Assembly: GCA_905178155.1 (NCBI GenBank)
Contig: CAJINV010000011.1
Coordinates: forward strand, 2,776,485 to 2,840,484
Length of the DNA: 64,000 nucleotides
From: Amoebophrya sp. A120
Taxonomy: Eukaryota > Protista > Dinoflagellata
Reading direction: 5' to 3'
Shown: positions 1-10,864 of the stretch, piece after piece
Numbering within the stretch: the first letter of the stretch is position 1
How the letters are laid out: each line of letters starts with the position of its first letter
The notes under the pieces: generated by a model
The model's input: only the letters and a program-made list of their open reading frames with translations
What the model was told of the DNA's origin: nothing
The model's database searches: none
Program-made: the position numbers and the translations under genes

Positions 1-680
1 CCTTGAAGTGCTGTCGCCGCTGTTTTCGTTTTCGGTCATCAAATAATCGAAGCATTGCATGTAAGTATAGCAAACTAGAAAACAAGCGATCCGACAGATC
101 TTCTTTGCGCAGCATAGGTCTTCTCCTTCAGATCCATTCTTGTCGATGAACAAGATCTAGCTGCAGCTCATGCTATCGTGATCTCTTTCGCAAGGACGAT
201 TTGACTTTGTGATCTCTTCTTGTGTCTGTGCCTTCAAGTAGGACGTGTCAAGACCCGAAGGACGCGGGGGCCCTTCTACGTAGACTGTTATTTTACTTTT
301 ACGAGGATCTACTACTTCACGTTCACACGCTTTCTCTTTCAGTTTCAGCTTCGGTTGCTTTACTAAATTGCGCCGCGAACAAGGCAACCTTTCTCTTTTT
401 TTCTCATCCAAGAGTTTCACAACTTATTGTAACTTTCTTTTCTGCAAGGTTAAATGACAAAGTATTCGCTTCGAAAGTTGAGTTTCTTTCTTTTCTCGTA
501 CCGCTTTGCGCGGCGGAAAAATAATTTTTATCTGCGGAAAATAAAACCAACATATTTGTTTCTGCACACCAGTTTCTATTTTTTGTTGCCCACAAGTGCA
601 AGCATCCCTGTCCCTCTTTGTGAGTAAGACAATAGCATCATTCTTCTCCAGGGCGCCGTGGTTGCAATCAAAATTAATAT

Positions 681-1161
681 TGTCTTTTAGGTGATCGTAG
701 TTCCCTCGGAACTAACTCTGTGTCGAAGATCGTCGAAGATAAGATCGAGACTCAGCTCGTGGAACAGATTCCCCGCGGCGATTTGTATTCTGTCTTCACA
801 GAATGGACATTCGTTTTATTTTGTTGGACTTGTTCAACTTACAGTTAACAACATTTAGTGGCTTGAGCCACGAATACACACATCACACACACGCGAGGTT
901 TGGGAGAAGCAAGGGCTCATTGTTCGTGTTTTGTGAAAGATGAAAGCGAAACAATCAAAACGAAAGTCAAGTTTGTCATGTGAGCGCTCACAAAGATGAA
1001 GATTGTAAAACGTAAACAAAGGCTCCGAGTTTGTGCATTTGCAATCACCAAACAAACATTTGTCCGAGTTTCCCAACTCATTTTGCTCGTGCTCTCAGAA
1101 TCTCTCACTTACTTTCAATTCTCTCCGACACAGAGATAAACCTCTAGAGAGGATATTCACA
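681..1161 (-). repeat. 3' LTR
   Basis: TGTCTTTTAGG...GATATTCACA; matches 26120-26600 except for 3 substitutions seen by eye. Confidence 0.95.
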
Positions 1162-1950
1162 GTGCCGGGGGGGGAGAAAAGAAAGAAAGTGATGCGAGAG
1201 ATTCTGCTCCGCCGCGGTTGGTTGTGCGCATGATCCGTACTCGCGGTTTTCGGCTCAACTAACACCAGCTGTGGAACTCGCTGTACAAATAGATCCGTAA
1301 GTCCCCCGCTCCGGAGACGAATCCGTATCCACCAAAAAGAAACCGTCAATCGCAACTGAACGTAGATGGAACTGGTTTTGCGCTAGAGGTGACCTCCGCC
1401 TAACTCCCTTCGCGAAGCATACTAGACGAAGTCGTTCTTTCTAACACCAGGTTCCCCAGACAAAATCAAAAGACTGCACAGAAGTTTGTTCTTTCAAAGC
1501 ACTCAACTTGCCCGCTTGAGAAAGAGCAGAAGCAAGAGGAAACAAAAAGAGTTCGCAAAACAGAAACGTGTCGTGACGGCATGATCAGCTTCCTGGTCCC
1601 CAAAATCATGTAGAAACTGTTGCTGATAGGACAGGAATAACTTGGTTGCTGATGTTCATCGTCCATGCTTGTCGTAGTGCTGAAACAGGTCGCGGAGTTC
1701 GTTTGTCGTTCTTGTTGAAGAAGAAAAAGTCGACCTGGTTCTGGACAAGGATACATTTACTGTTGGTGGATAGAATCTGCGCCGATTTCATCGCGTCCGC
1801 AGAAGCAGAATGTCGTACTGGTGGAGTTCACACTAAAAAAATAATTTTTGTCGAAAAACCCATCCGGTAGAAGAAAGTTGCTCAGCAGGTTGTGCAAAGA
1901 ACGCCGGGTAGGTGACCATAGGCCCGCTTTCTTCTCCAGATCTGATTCTT

Positions 1951-4900
1951 CTAGATTTTTGTTTCGGTTTGACGCAGTGGCTTCTCCCACGTGTGCTTCC
2001 GTTCAAAAACGAAAAGCTGGCCGAACGGGATGTTGAATTCCCCGGAGAGAAGCTTAAGAAACTCTTGCATTTTATATCCAGTAGCGGTTTTGGTGAAGAC
2101 GTCGCTGGGGTTCGCCCTGTCCGTGATCGATCCCATCTGCCACTCAGATCGAAAGAAAGCGTCTTTGATCTTGGCAAGGGGTTTAAACACGTCGGCGTCG
2201 GCGGTCGCAATCACCGACTTCGACAAGATGCGTGTGACCGCACTCTTGGAATCGGAGATGATGTACGACTTGGCGCTGATCCTCCAGGCGAAGTACTTGC
2301 GGAGTACCATTCCCAGGATCGGAAAAGCCTCTGCTATGGCTTCTACCTCTGCCGAGTAGGACGAACCTTTTGCTGTCGCGCAGAAGATAGTATCCGATCC
2401 AAGGTACGAGCAGCGCAGCTTCATCTTCTGCAACTGGTCGTACTCGGCCAACGTCATCACCCGCTTCACTGCCTTTTGTTCTGCAAGATATTTCTCGAAG
2501 TCGTCCGCACTGACGGATAGAAGCAGGTGACCCAGCACGGGACGCATGCGGAGAGCTGCAGCGGTGGTTGCGTCTTTCTCGTTGGTTGGAATTACTACTG
2601 CCGCATACCTTTTTCTCTTTCGTCTTTCCGTTTCGGATTTTTGCATAAGAGAGAAGGCTTCTTCGAGGCTTCCTGCACGAAGAGTTCCGGCGTCCAGTTC
2701 TCGCGCAAACTCCCGTCGCTCTTCCAGCTCCTCGGCATCAAACACCCACTCTGGTCTTGCGTCAAACTCCTCATCCTGTTTCTCTTCGCACTGCTGCGCC
2801 TGTTCTGCTTGCTCTTTTGCAGTGGGATGTTGGAAGGAAGCGTCGGGGAGCATCATCAGCACTTCGCGTTCATAGCTGAGATCAAACACGATGCCGCTGG
2901 TTTCGTGCTTTAGACGCTGAGTGATACCGTTGGTACCAGCCAACCACTCGTTGGTTTTCAGCTCGTCTGCCCCTAACGCCATCGACCTAGTAGGAAACTT
3001 GCACTCGACATGCCGCCTGGCGATGAAGAGTAAGCTACCCCGAGCACCCTTCAGCTTGGTGATCAGCGCCGGTGTCAAGATTTGCGTAGCGTCTCCTTCA
3101 AAGTCAATTCCCAGCAACTCCTTGATCTTGTGCAGCATGTGCGTCCGAACTTTTTGTTCTGCAGGATAGTGTTGCACGTGTATTCCGGTATACACCAGTC
3201 CAGATTCGGCGTCCGTCCACGTTTCTAAAGAGAACCGCTCTTTCAGTTTCTGCGCCAGCCACTTCCATGCTTCTTCTTCGCCACAGAAGAGCAAATCGTC
3301 GACGTGCAGCGCCACCTTGTTTTTGCCTTTTACAAAAACGCAGGGTGAGTCCGGGCTCATCCTGTAGCCGATGGATTCGAGAAACTGCGACAGCGTGCGG
3401 CACCACATCAATGCCGCTTCACGAAGTCCGTACAGACTAATTTTCATTAAGAAAATAGTCTCCTTCCCTATTCCGAATTCAGAACGCAATGTTCTCAGCA
3501 GTTCCTCGTTGTAGAGACCATTCGGAAATGCGAATCGAGGACGGTTTTCCTCTTTGAAACGCAAATTGCGGAGGAAGGCGCGGGGTACATCTCCTGACTT
3601 GGCGACTCGTTTTCCGCGCACGTAGCGGAGGCTGTTGATCATCAAGTTGATGTCGTACTCCCCGATGGTCGGACTCTCGGCGCTGGCGGAAACACTGGAC
3701 ATATGTCCACCGGGGACGAGCCGGATGGCAACTTTAAAGTGCCACGGTGTAATTAACTTGAGATCACACAGTGCGCGACTTGGTAACACCCGCTCGCTGC
3801 TGCACAGCATCCCCGGCCGGTACACAGTGATGAGGTCCTGCTTAAACATCCCGCTCCACTCTTTCACGTGGGCTTTGATGTACAAAGCAGGGATGCCGAG
3901 CCCAGACTCGCTCTCAATGAAGCTGTGATCGCAATCTGGATATTTCAGCGCGGCTTCGATCTTGCGAATCAGCTCGGGGTGGCGCGACGCTCGCTTGTCG
4001 AAGATACTGATCAAACCCAGATCTTCGTAGCTGCTCAGCGGCAGCAGTCGCCACATCACGACCCTCAGCACCTTGCCCTTTCCCTTCTCTTCCCACTCCT
4101 TTCTGGACTTGACAAAAGAAACCCGGTCTTGGTTCCACGCGAGGAGGTGCTCGCTTTGCACTTCGGGGTGGGAAAGTCCTGTGCGATGTTCTTCTTCCAC
4201 AAATCCATCGTACAATTCCAGAGACGCGGGACTCAGGCGGACGTCCTCGTACTTGGCAAATAGGGTGCGTTCCACCATCTGATGCAGAAGCTCGGTGTCC
4301 TTCAAAACCCCGGCAGGTGTACGGCTAATCACCTTTTCCAAGGTGCGCCTATTTTTGCGCGAAGGAAAACGAATGAATTCGCACACTTCCTTGAAGTCTT
4401 TCGGGACTTCCTCCGACTCCTTGTCCTCGGGAAGTTCTGGCTCCTGCTCAAAAGCTGTTGACCACTGCGTGTTCTTGACCATCGGATCTTTTCCTTCATT
4501 TGCGGCATGCACACTTTCCGTTGCGGCGACGTTGAAGAAGCTGTTCCAGAAGCCGTTTTCGCTTGCATCTTCTGGCGCGCTTTCCGCGGTGGGGAAGAGT
4601 TCGTCGCGATTTTCTTGCTCTACGTTGTTGTCATGACGGACATCATCCTCGACGTCCAGGCTGAGGTTGCCATCGTCGTCTTGCAGCTGATCCATCTCGG
4701 CTTGTTCATCATCGTCCTCCAACTGCATGATACTTCCTTTCCGCTCCTTAGCAGAGCGGGCCCCTCCCCGGGGGGAGTTAGAAGCATCCCAAAAAGGCTC
4801 CCCACCATCGTGCGTCGACGCCATGTGCGGCGCTTTTAATTCTGCCTCATATTCCGCCCGTTCACTTTCGTACTTTCGCTGTGATTCGTACAGTTTTCCA

Positions 4901-7900
4901 CCCCGTTTAAAATCATCTGCACTGATCGGCGGCAGCTCGGACAGAATGCGGTCACAGTAGAGGTCCTGGTGCGTGATCGGTGTTATCATGTTCGGGTTGA
5001 CCTTGGAAAACCCCTTCTTTCCTTTTACCGTGTACACCACTCCGAATGCACCCTTGGACACCTCCTTGTCGACAATCGTGACAATGGAATCTTCCTTGAT
5101 TTTTGGCTGGTGCATGTTTGCTCTGTCCCCGATTTGCAGGAGGTTCTCGTTGTCGAGTCGCTGTCGCGCACTGCAACTTGCCAGCACCTTTTCTACCTCG
5201 TTGATGAAGGCACGGTCGGAGAGCAAACCGAGCGCTTCGCTCCAGATTCGCGCTCTCGCCTCGGACAAACGGTTTATGCGGTACGCAGTTTGATCTCCTT
5301 CGAAACCTCGCACAGCAACGTCGTCGGGGTGCACGACGAATTCCGGGTTGTATTCCTCAATCCCCCAGAATTCCATCGCCGAAGTTTTTCCTCCCTTAGC
5401 AATGCTTGGCAGGTTGGCGAGACATTCGTGGATCTCGTTGAGAAGAATCTCCAGCGGGAGGTGCATGAAAGCCGGGATTCTGCGCAGCCGTTTGCACATC
5501 ATCTTGATCGTGAGGAAACGCCTCTCAAGCATGTACACTGGCGTTCCAGTCGGCAGCAGTGACACAACCCGGCCCGACTTCTGCAAGGCGATCCACTCCT
5601 CGAGCGAGAGGTTCTCCAGGCCGGCATCAGCGTAGATGCGTTTGCGTATGAGCTTCTGCTGCAGAAAGTAGTAGACTGCCCGCATAACGTCTTCTTTTGA
5701 AGGCGAGCCTCTTCCTGCCATCAACCGCGCGCCGAGTCCATGATGCAACTGAAGCATGATCCCGTCACAGATCATTTCTTTCTCTTCTTCTGTCACATCC
5801 TGACCCTGCAACATGCGTTGAAGTTTCCATTTCGTCCCGCAGACGAACGACCCGGACCGTTTGTCTGGCACCGACATCACCCCGATGACAGTATAAATAA
5901 CGTCACTTTCGGTAATGAATGTCGTGTCCATCAAACTCAGTCCGCCCTCCTCCATCGCAACACACAGGTCAAAACCGTCCAGGTGTTTGCTGCGCTTTTT
6001 GAGGCCGTAATGGAGGTTCGCTCTGCTGTCGCGCCGCATCAACAACACCAGCTCCCGAAGTTTTTCTTCGGAGATGTTCTTCAGCCGTCCTCGGCACTGC
6101 TGCAAACACGCCTTTTCGTTTGCGATTTTTCCACTGATGCTCAGGATTTCTTGCACCGCGCGAAGTTTTCTTCGCTCCTCTTCGGACAAATCCGCCAGAC
6201 ACGAAGTCGTCGCATCGACCCGGGTCTGCTCTTGCTGACTGTATCGAACAGCCTCGCCGTTGGGAAGAAGCGTGGAACCTTGCACGTAAAGTTCACGCAT
6301 AGCACTGGCATGAAGTGCCTCGTTTCCGTGCCCTGCGACTCGTAGTCTTTCCCCAACAGCGGTAGCAAGTCCAAAACCGGTGCTGTCGATCAACACCAAT
6401 TTCTTCTTGGGCTGGTTCCGCATCATTGTCACCACTGACTTGATGTAGTCGTCGCTGATCGCGTCAATCAGCTCCTGGTGGAAGCCAGTGCGGATCCGTT
6501 TGTCGCCATTGCTGACTCGCAAACCAGGCTGCTCTTGAAGCATTTCTTGGATAGCGGGTTCCTCCTCGACCCGAATCCGCTTTCCCGCGTGCCGCATAGG
6601 AATTGGTAAGTCGTTTACGTGGCGACACGTGTAGACCTTGACCTTGTCCAGCTTTTCTGGAATTTGCAGCTTGCTCTTGATCAGCACCTCTCCAGGCTTG
6701 TTCTTCTGGTGGGCTCCGGATTTCATCACCCCCTTGCCGACCTCGCCGTATTCAATCTTCTCTTGAATCTGACGCACGGTCGGGCGACTTTCGTTGGACA
6801 ACAGCCCTCGCAGCCGGAATGCGTGCGCTTTTTGCGCCACCGTGCGACTACTTGCTGCATCGTCTGCCAGATGAAAATACCAGTCCACGGAAATGTGCCG
6901 GTCTTTTCCACCCGAGATCAGAGGTCTACTGTTCAACAGTTGCTGATTGCTCCAGTCGTTCCGCATATCAGGCGCGGCTCTGGATTGCCGTCGGACATCA
7001 ACCACTCGTCGTAGTCTCACCCGATTTTGCAGGAAATCTGGAGTAGCAGGAACGCGATCCAGACCGTAGTCGATCACGCGGTATACTCCGTATCCCCCGG
7101 AGTCTCCTGTCCTGCGCAACTCCTCTGCAGTTACCGTCCACAGACTATCATCTTCTTCTTGATTTGCGTTGAAAAGCGGGTCGGGATTTCTCAAGGCTCT
7201 AGGCACCGCTCGGCTACTGGAACCTCCTCCATGCTGATCCGGTGCTGCCTGTTCCGGTTCAGCTTCTTGTCCGGGTGCTGCAAGTTCTTCTGCTCCTTCC
7301 CGTCGGCTGCGGTTGATCTCATCAATCAAGACCTGCCCATGACATTCCTTGGGCCAACACCAGCATCCGATAGTTCTCCCGGGAAGAAGTAGTTTTGCTT
7401 CAGCTATTGTCCCCGAGCTGTATAACCATTTCCGGTAGAGTTCGCACACCTCCCGGCGGTTCCCGTGCACGCCCACCAGAAACGGGTTGCCAAAATTCGA
7501 CCCCCTTCCAATGTAGACGTTGTCGGGCGAGCTCGACTCCCACTTCTTGATAGACTGGCGGTCTGTCCACCTGCAGTTGTGCTTGTTCAAATTGACAAGC
7601 GAGATTTCCTGACACACGACCTCCGCGTCCAGAGCTGCGGCCACATGCTCCTCAGTGCACCGCTCTTTTTCTCGCTGAAGCTCCGCCGTGGCATACTGCG
7701 TGTCAAAATCCAACTCGTCCACTTCGCAAACGCGCATCACAAACTCGTCTTCTTCCACGGCGAATTGTGCTGCCTCCCGCGCGACTTCGGTTTTTCGTGC
7801 TAGCTTCTCGTACTGCGAAATGGTAGTCGTGTCGTAATCAAATTCGGTCGTATATTTTCCTTTTGGGTCGGTTTTCACTTTCTTTGCGAAAACCGGGCGG

Positions 7901-10779
7901 CGCCACTGTTCTCGTGGTACTCGCTTTTGTATTTCCCGCAAAATGCGGTAGTCATTTTCGTCGAGTTCAAAAATGTTCTTGTAGATCTGGTTCTTGCCGT
8001 GAAAATCCACAATGATACTCCCGTCGTGCCCCTGGATTGCAGGCGGTGCGTCGGGACGGCAACTCTGGGAGAGAAAGCACTTCTTTTGCAGTTCGAGCCC
8101 CGTCAGATTGGGTCCGAACTCGGTAGCCGTGTTTTGATCGAATCCAATGCAGTATGGTTCTCCATCGACGGTAGTAAATTTGTATGGTAGAATTGATCGT
8201 CGCAGAATCTTCTTGGTGGCTCCGCCAATCCCCTGGGCCTTCTGCTGTTTGCACTCCTCGACTGGCACCTCCAGTCCGTTCTCAAGAGCACGCTCAGTTC
8301 CTTTATCAGCAGTGTCTTCTGTGATGTACCCGTTGCGGTTGTAGCCGTTGTCGATCTGCGACTTGTGAGAATCCGTCGTGAAAAGAACAAGCTCATTTTT
8401 AGTTGAAGATGTAGAGTTCTCGTATGGTTCCGGACTGTTCTGGGAAACTGCAGGCTCGGAACAGGGAAAATTGTGTGCGCGTCGTACTTCTTGATTGTTG
8501 GCACTTGTCAAAATTTCCTCTGCGATCGTCAGTACTTCGAAAGCAGCAGGTTGAGACTCGTCTCGAGCGTACGCGGCACGGTTCAACACCTTGTTTACAA
8601 AGCTGTCTACACAGAAATCGGGTCGGAACTTTTTCGGCGGCTTCTCTTCCGATTTGGTTCCTTTTTCAAAATTTTGATTTACAATTTCCGACGGCGAGTT
8701 TTCTACTGGGGTCCGGGCCCATCCGATTGGAAATCCTCCCGGACCGAAAAAACAGAAAGTCTCTTCCTCGTCGTGCCCCAGTCCGTGCACTTCGCAGTTG
8801 CGCAAGCACGTCTCCTTCTCCCGCTCGTTGTCTGGCTCGTTTAAGATGAACGCCCGTTCCTCATCTTTCTTGTTCACGCAGACCAACAAAACGGTATCCA
8901 GGTCTTCTCCGGCTTTGGCGAGCTGGTCCAAAATCACAGCAATTTTCTCCAGGTGACTCTGGTTCTTGAAATCACTGCCCTCCATGATCTTGGCCAATTC
9001 GTCTTTCTTCGGACCGTCCTTGCAGTCTTTCCTCATGTGCTCCTTAGAGAAACAGATGGAGCAAACGTTGGTGTCAAACTCGCAGTCCTCCGTGCGGTGC
9101 TTGGTTGACAAGCATTTCCGGCAGCGGATTTTCCTCGGAGCTCCTTTCTGCCCTCCGAGCTTGCGATTGTTTGTCATGCGCTGCCCGTTCTTGGTGGTAT
9201 TCATTCTTCCAGAGCCCCAGCTTCCAGTCTTCTTCTGGTTGTACGCCGTCGGCCACCGACCGGTACGCTGCTTCGGGTCGAAGTTGATTCCACTCTTACC
9301 ACCTCCGGCTTTCGCCGCCAGCACTTCCTCATCGTCCGATCCCCCTTCGGGATTTTCGTCCGGATCGTCCTTTGTGACAAACGCAGCATCCCCGAGACCA
9401 ATTTCCTTTTCGACGGCGTCACCCGCGTGGAAGTGCAACACCTCAATTTCTTCCCGCTTCTCGAGGTACTCGAGCAGGCGTTCCAAGTGCGGGACATGCG
9501 GCGTGCGCCATTCGACGTCCAGCATGAAATTGGTGGTGATATGCTTGGGCCAGTGTTTTCCACTGCGCATCTGGAACTGCTGCCAGGTGTGCTTTCGCTC
9601 CGCGTGCGATCCACCGGTCAGCTCCACACCAACGTCTTCCGCCGCCTGGAAGTAGCGTTGCAGGCACTCGCGCGGAGTTTCGTCCTTCTTCATGGAGAAG
9701 TTGTAGAAGCGGCTGTTTTCTTCCTTTCCACGGATGAAGCCCGATTTGTACTTGGAGTACATCACCTGAATCAGGTTCCGGAAAGTCAGCGTCTCCCGCT
9801 TGCTGCGGTTCAGCTTCCACTGCCGCAGCTTCAATTTCATCCCCTCCTTCATGCACCGTGCGAACTTCGACGCCTTCTTTGCGTCCTCGTCCAGTTTGTA
9901 GACCAGCTCTTCCACAAACTGCGACTCGTATTCGAACGGGAACAAACGCCTCACTCCATCCGACTCACGGGTGAGTTTCTTGAGGTAGGACTCCATCGCA
10001 TTGAACCAGGAGAACAGGTTCGAGTGGCTCTCGATGGTCGGCGGGGGAAAATCCGGCATTCGATCTTTCATCGTCAACACGTAGTGCGCCGGTGCGGATT
10101 CTCCTCGTTCCAGCCGAATCCCGTGCTCCAAGCAGTAGTCACTTTCAAACTGCATGCGCGTGAAGCGGAAGAGGTCATTTTCCATGATGCCACGATACTC
10201 GTCACCCCCGTGCGAGGATCCTCCTCCTGACGACGGGTCTCCACCGAAACCACCACCGTCTCCACCGTGGCTGCTCCAGTCACCGCCTCCACCACCGTTC
10301 GGTGATCCACCGGATCCGTTGCTTCCACCGTGGCCGTTTCCACCGGATCCTCCATTGGATCCGCCGTTACCGTTTCCACCGTGGTTTCCACCATTCCCGT
10401 TTCCACCGTGGTTACCACCGTTCCCGTTTCCACCGTTGGATCCGCCGTCCGGATCTCCATTTCCATTTCCACGTCCGTTTCCGTGGTTGTTCGGTTCGTT
10501 CTGGTCGTTCCGCAGGTCGGCAAACGGGTTGTTGGTATTGGACTGACGCGAACCGCCGCTTTCCTCCTGATTGAAGCGGTACAACTCACCAATGGTCAGG
10601 GCCTTGGTGATCGGGATTTTGTTCGCCCCGGTAGCAGCGTTCGCATACCTATTTCCCGAGCCGTGGTCTTGGCGCTCCTTTTTACCTGAGAATTTTTGGT
10701 CAAAAGAGACGGACTTATGGATGTTCCCATTCTCGTCACGTCGGCCATACAACATACCCGCCTTGGACATGTTGGGCAT
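1951..10779 (-). CDS. Gag-Pol polyprotein (Gly-rich N-terminus, 2 CCHC knuckles, putative protease, DUF4326-like insert, integrase, RT, RNase H)
   Basis: Uninterrupted ORF (open to 10869, first ATG 10779). Knuckles CRKCLSTKHRTEDC and CSICFSKEHMRKDC; protease-like IDNG; integrase-like MDTT...YADAG...LERRF; copia RT DVPRAFL, SLYGLREAALMW, LHVDDLL; RNase H DASF...SAEVEAI...ISDSKSAV...NPSDVFTK. Confidence 0.93.
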   Translation of the reverse strand: MPNMSKAGMLYGRRDENGNIHKSVSFDQKFSGKKERQDHGSGNRYANAATGANKIPITKALTIGELYRFNQEESGGSRQSNTNNPFADLRNDQNEPNNHGNGRGNGNGDPDGGSNGGNGNGGNHGGNGNGGNHGGNGNGGSNGGSGGNGHGGSNGSGGSPNGGGGGDWSSHGGDGGGFGGDPSSGGGSSHGGDEYRGIMENDLFRFTRMQFESDYCLEHGIRLERGESAPAHYVLTMKDRMPDFPPPTIESHSNLFSWFNAMESYLKKLTRESDGVRRLFPFEYESQFVEELVYKLDEDAKKASKFARCMKEGMKLKLRQWKLNRSKRETLTFRNLIQVMYSKYKSGFIRGKEENSRFYNFSMKKDETPRECLQRYFQAAEDVGVELTGGSHAERKHTWQQFQMRSGKHWPKHITTNFMLDVEWRTPHVPHLERLLEYLEKREEIEVLHFHAGDAVEKEIGLGDAAFVTKDDPDENPEGGSDDEEVLAAKAGGGKSGINFDPKQRTGRWPTAYNQKKTGSWGSGRMNTTKNGQRMTNNRKLGGQKGAPRKIRCRKCLSTKHRTEDCEFDTNVCSICFSKEHMRKDCKDGPKKDELAKIMEGSDFKNQSHLEKIAVILDQLAKAGEDLDTVLLVCVNKKDEERAFILNEPDNEREKETCLRNCEVHGLGHDEEETFCFFGPGGFPIGWARTPVENSPSEIVNQNFEKGTKSEEKPPKKFRPDFCVDSFVNKVLNRAAYARDESQPAAFEVLTIAEEILTSANNQEVRRAHNFPCSEPAVSQNSPEPYENSTSSTKNELVLFTTDSHKSQIDNGYNRNGYITEDTADKGTERALENGLEVPVEECKQQKAQGIGGATKKILRRSILPYKFTTVDGEPYCIGFDQNTATEFGPNLTGLELQKKCFLSQSCRPDAPPAIQGHDGSIIVDFHGKNQIYKNIFELDENDYRILREIQKRVPREQWRRPVFAKKVKTDPKGKYTTEFDYDTTTISQYEKLARKTEVAREAAQFAVEEDEFVMRVCEVDELDFDTQYATAELQREKERCTEEHVAAALDAEVVCQEISLVNLNKHNCRWTDRQSIKKWESSSPDNVYIGRGSNFGNPFLVGVHGNRREVCELYRKWLYSSGTIAEAKLLLPGRTIGCWCWPKECHGQVLIDEINRSRREGAEELAAPGQEAEPEQAAPDQHGGGSSSRAVPRALRNPDPLFNANQEEDDSLWTVTAEELRRTGDSGGYGVYRVIDYGLDRVPATPDFLQNRVRLRRVVDVRRQSRAAPDMRNDWSNQQLLNSRPLISGGKDRHISVDWYFHLADDAASSRTVAQKAHAFRLRGLLSNESRPTVRQIQEKIEYGEVGKGVMKSGAHQKNKPGEVLIKSKLQIPEKLDKVKVYTCRHVNDLPIPMRHAGKRIRVEEEPAIQEMLQEQPGLRVSNGDKRIRTGFHQELIDAISDDYIKSVVTMMRNQPKKKLVLIDSTGFGLATAVGERLRVAGHGNEALHASAMRELYVQGSTLLPNGEAVRYSQQEQTRVDATTSCLADLSEEERRKLRAVQEILSISGKIANEKACLQQCRGRLKNISEEKLRELVLLMRRDSRANLHYGLKKRSKHLDGFDLCVAMEEGGLSLMDTTFITESDVIYTVIGVMSVPDKRSGSFVCGTKWKLQRMLQGQDVTEEEKEMICDGIMLQLHHGLGARLMAGRGSPSKEDVMRAVYYFLQQKLIRKRIYADAGLENLSLEEWIALQKSGRVVSLLPTGTPVYMLERRFLTIKMMCKRLRRIPAFMHLPLEILLNEIHECLANLPSIAKGGKTSAMEFWGIEEYNPEFVVHPDDVAVRGFEGDQTAYRINRLSEARARIWSEALGLLSDRAFINEVEKVLASCSARQRLDNENLLQIGDRANMHQPKIKEDSIVTIVDKEVSKGAFGVVYTVKGKKGFSKVNPNMITPITHQDLYCDRILSELPPISADDFKRGGKLYESQRKYESERAEYEAELKAPHMASTHDGGEPFWDASNSPRGGARSAKERKGSIMQLEDDDEQAEMDQLQDDDGNLSLDVEDDVRHDNNVEQENRDELFPTAESAPEDASENGFWNSFFNVAATESVHAANEGKDPMVKNTQWSTAFEQEPELPEDKESEEVPKDFKEVCEFIRFPSRKNRRTLEKVISRTPAGVLKDTELLHQMVERTLFAKYEDVRLSPASLELYDGFVEEEHRTGLSHPEVQSEHLLAWNQDRVSFVKSRKEWEEKGKGKVLRVVMWRLLPLSSYEDLGLISIFDKRASRHPELIRKIEAALKYPDCDHSFIESESGLGIPALYIKAHVKEWSGMFKQDLITVYRPGMLCSSERVLPSRALCDLKLITPWHFKVAIRLVPGGHMSSVSASAESPTIGEYDINLMINSLRYVRGKRVAKSGDVPRAFLRNLRFKEENRPRFAFPNGLYNEELLRTLRSEFGIGKETIFLMKISLYGLREAALMWCRTLSQFLESIGYRMSPDSPCVFVKGKNKVALHVDDLLFCGEEEAWKWLAQKLKERFSLETWTDAESGLVYTGIHVQHYPAEQKVRTHMLHKIKELLGIDFEGDATQILTPALITKLKGARGSLLFIARRHVECKFPTRSMALGADELKTNEWLAGTNGITQRLKHETSGIVFDLSYEREVLMMLPDASFQHPTAKEQAEQAQQCEEKQDEEFDARPEWVFDAEELEERREFARELDAGTLRAGSLEEAFSLMQKSETERRKRKRYAAVVIPTNEKDATTAAALRMRPVLGHLLLSVSADDFEKYLAEQKAVKRVMTLAEYDQLQKMKLRCSYLGSDTIFCATAKGSSYSAEVEAIAEAFPILGMVLRKYFAWRISAKSYIISDSKSAVTRILSKSVIATADADVFKPLAKIKDAFFRSEWQMGSITDRANPSDVFTKTATGYKMQEFLKLLSGEFNIPFGQLFVFERKHTWEKPLRQTETKI

Positions 10780-10847
10780 GAGTTTCGCGGAGTCTTTGAG
10801 ACCAACGCGCTCTGATGGCCTCTGTGGGCCGGATTTCTGGGAATTTC

Positions 10848-10864
10848 CTAGGAAAAAAAAAAAA
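10848..10864 (-). promoter_or_regulatory. Putative 3' (trans/cis) splice acceptor for gag-pol
   Basis: Minus strand T12-CCTAG|G, 68 nt upstream of the first gag-pol ATG. Confidence 0.55.

Noticed and set aside
855-1108. Short ORFs repeated at 26294-26547
   Set aside because: They lie within the LTRs; the duplication reflects the LTR, not a gene.
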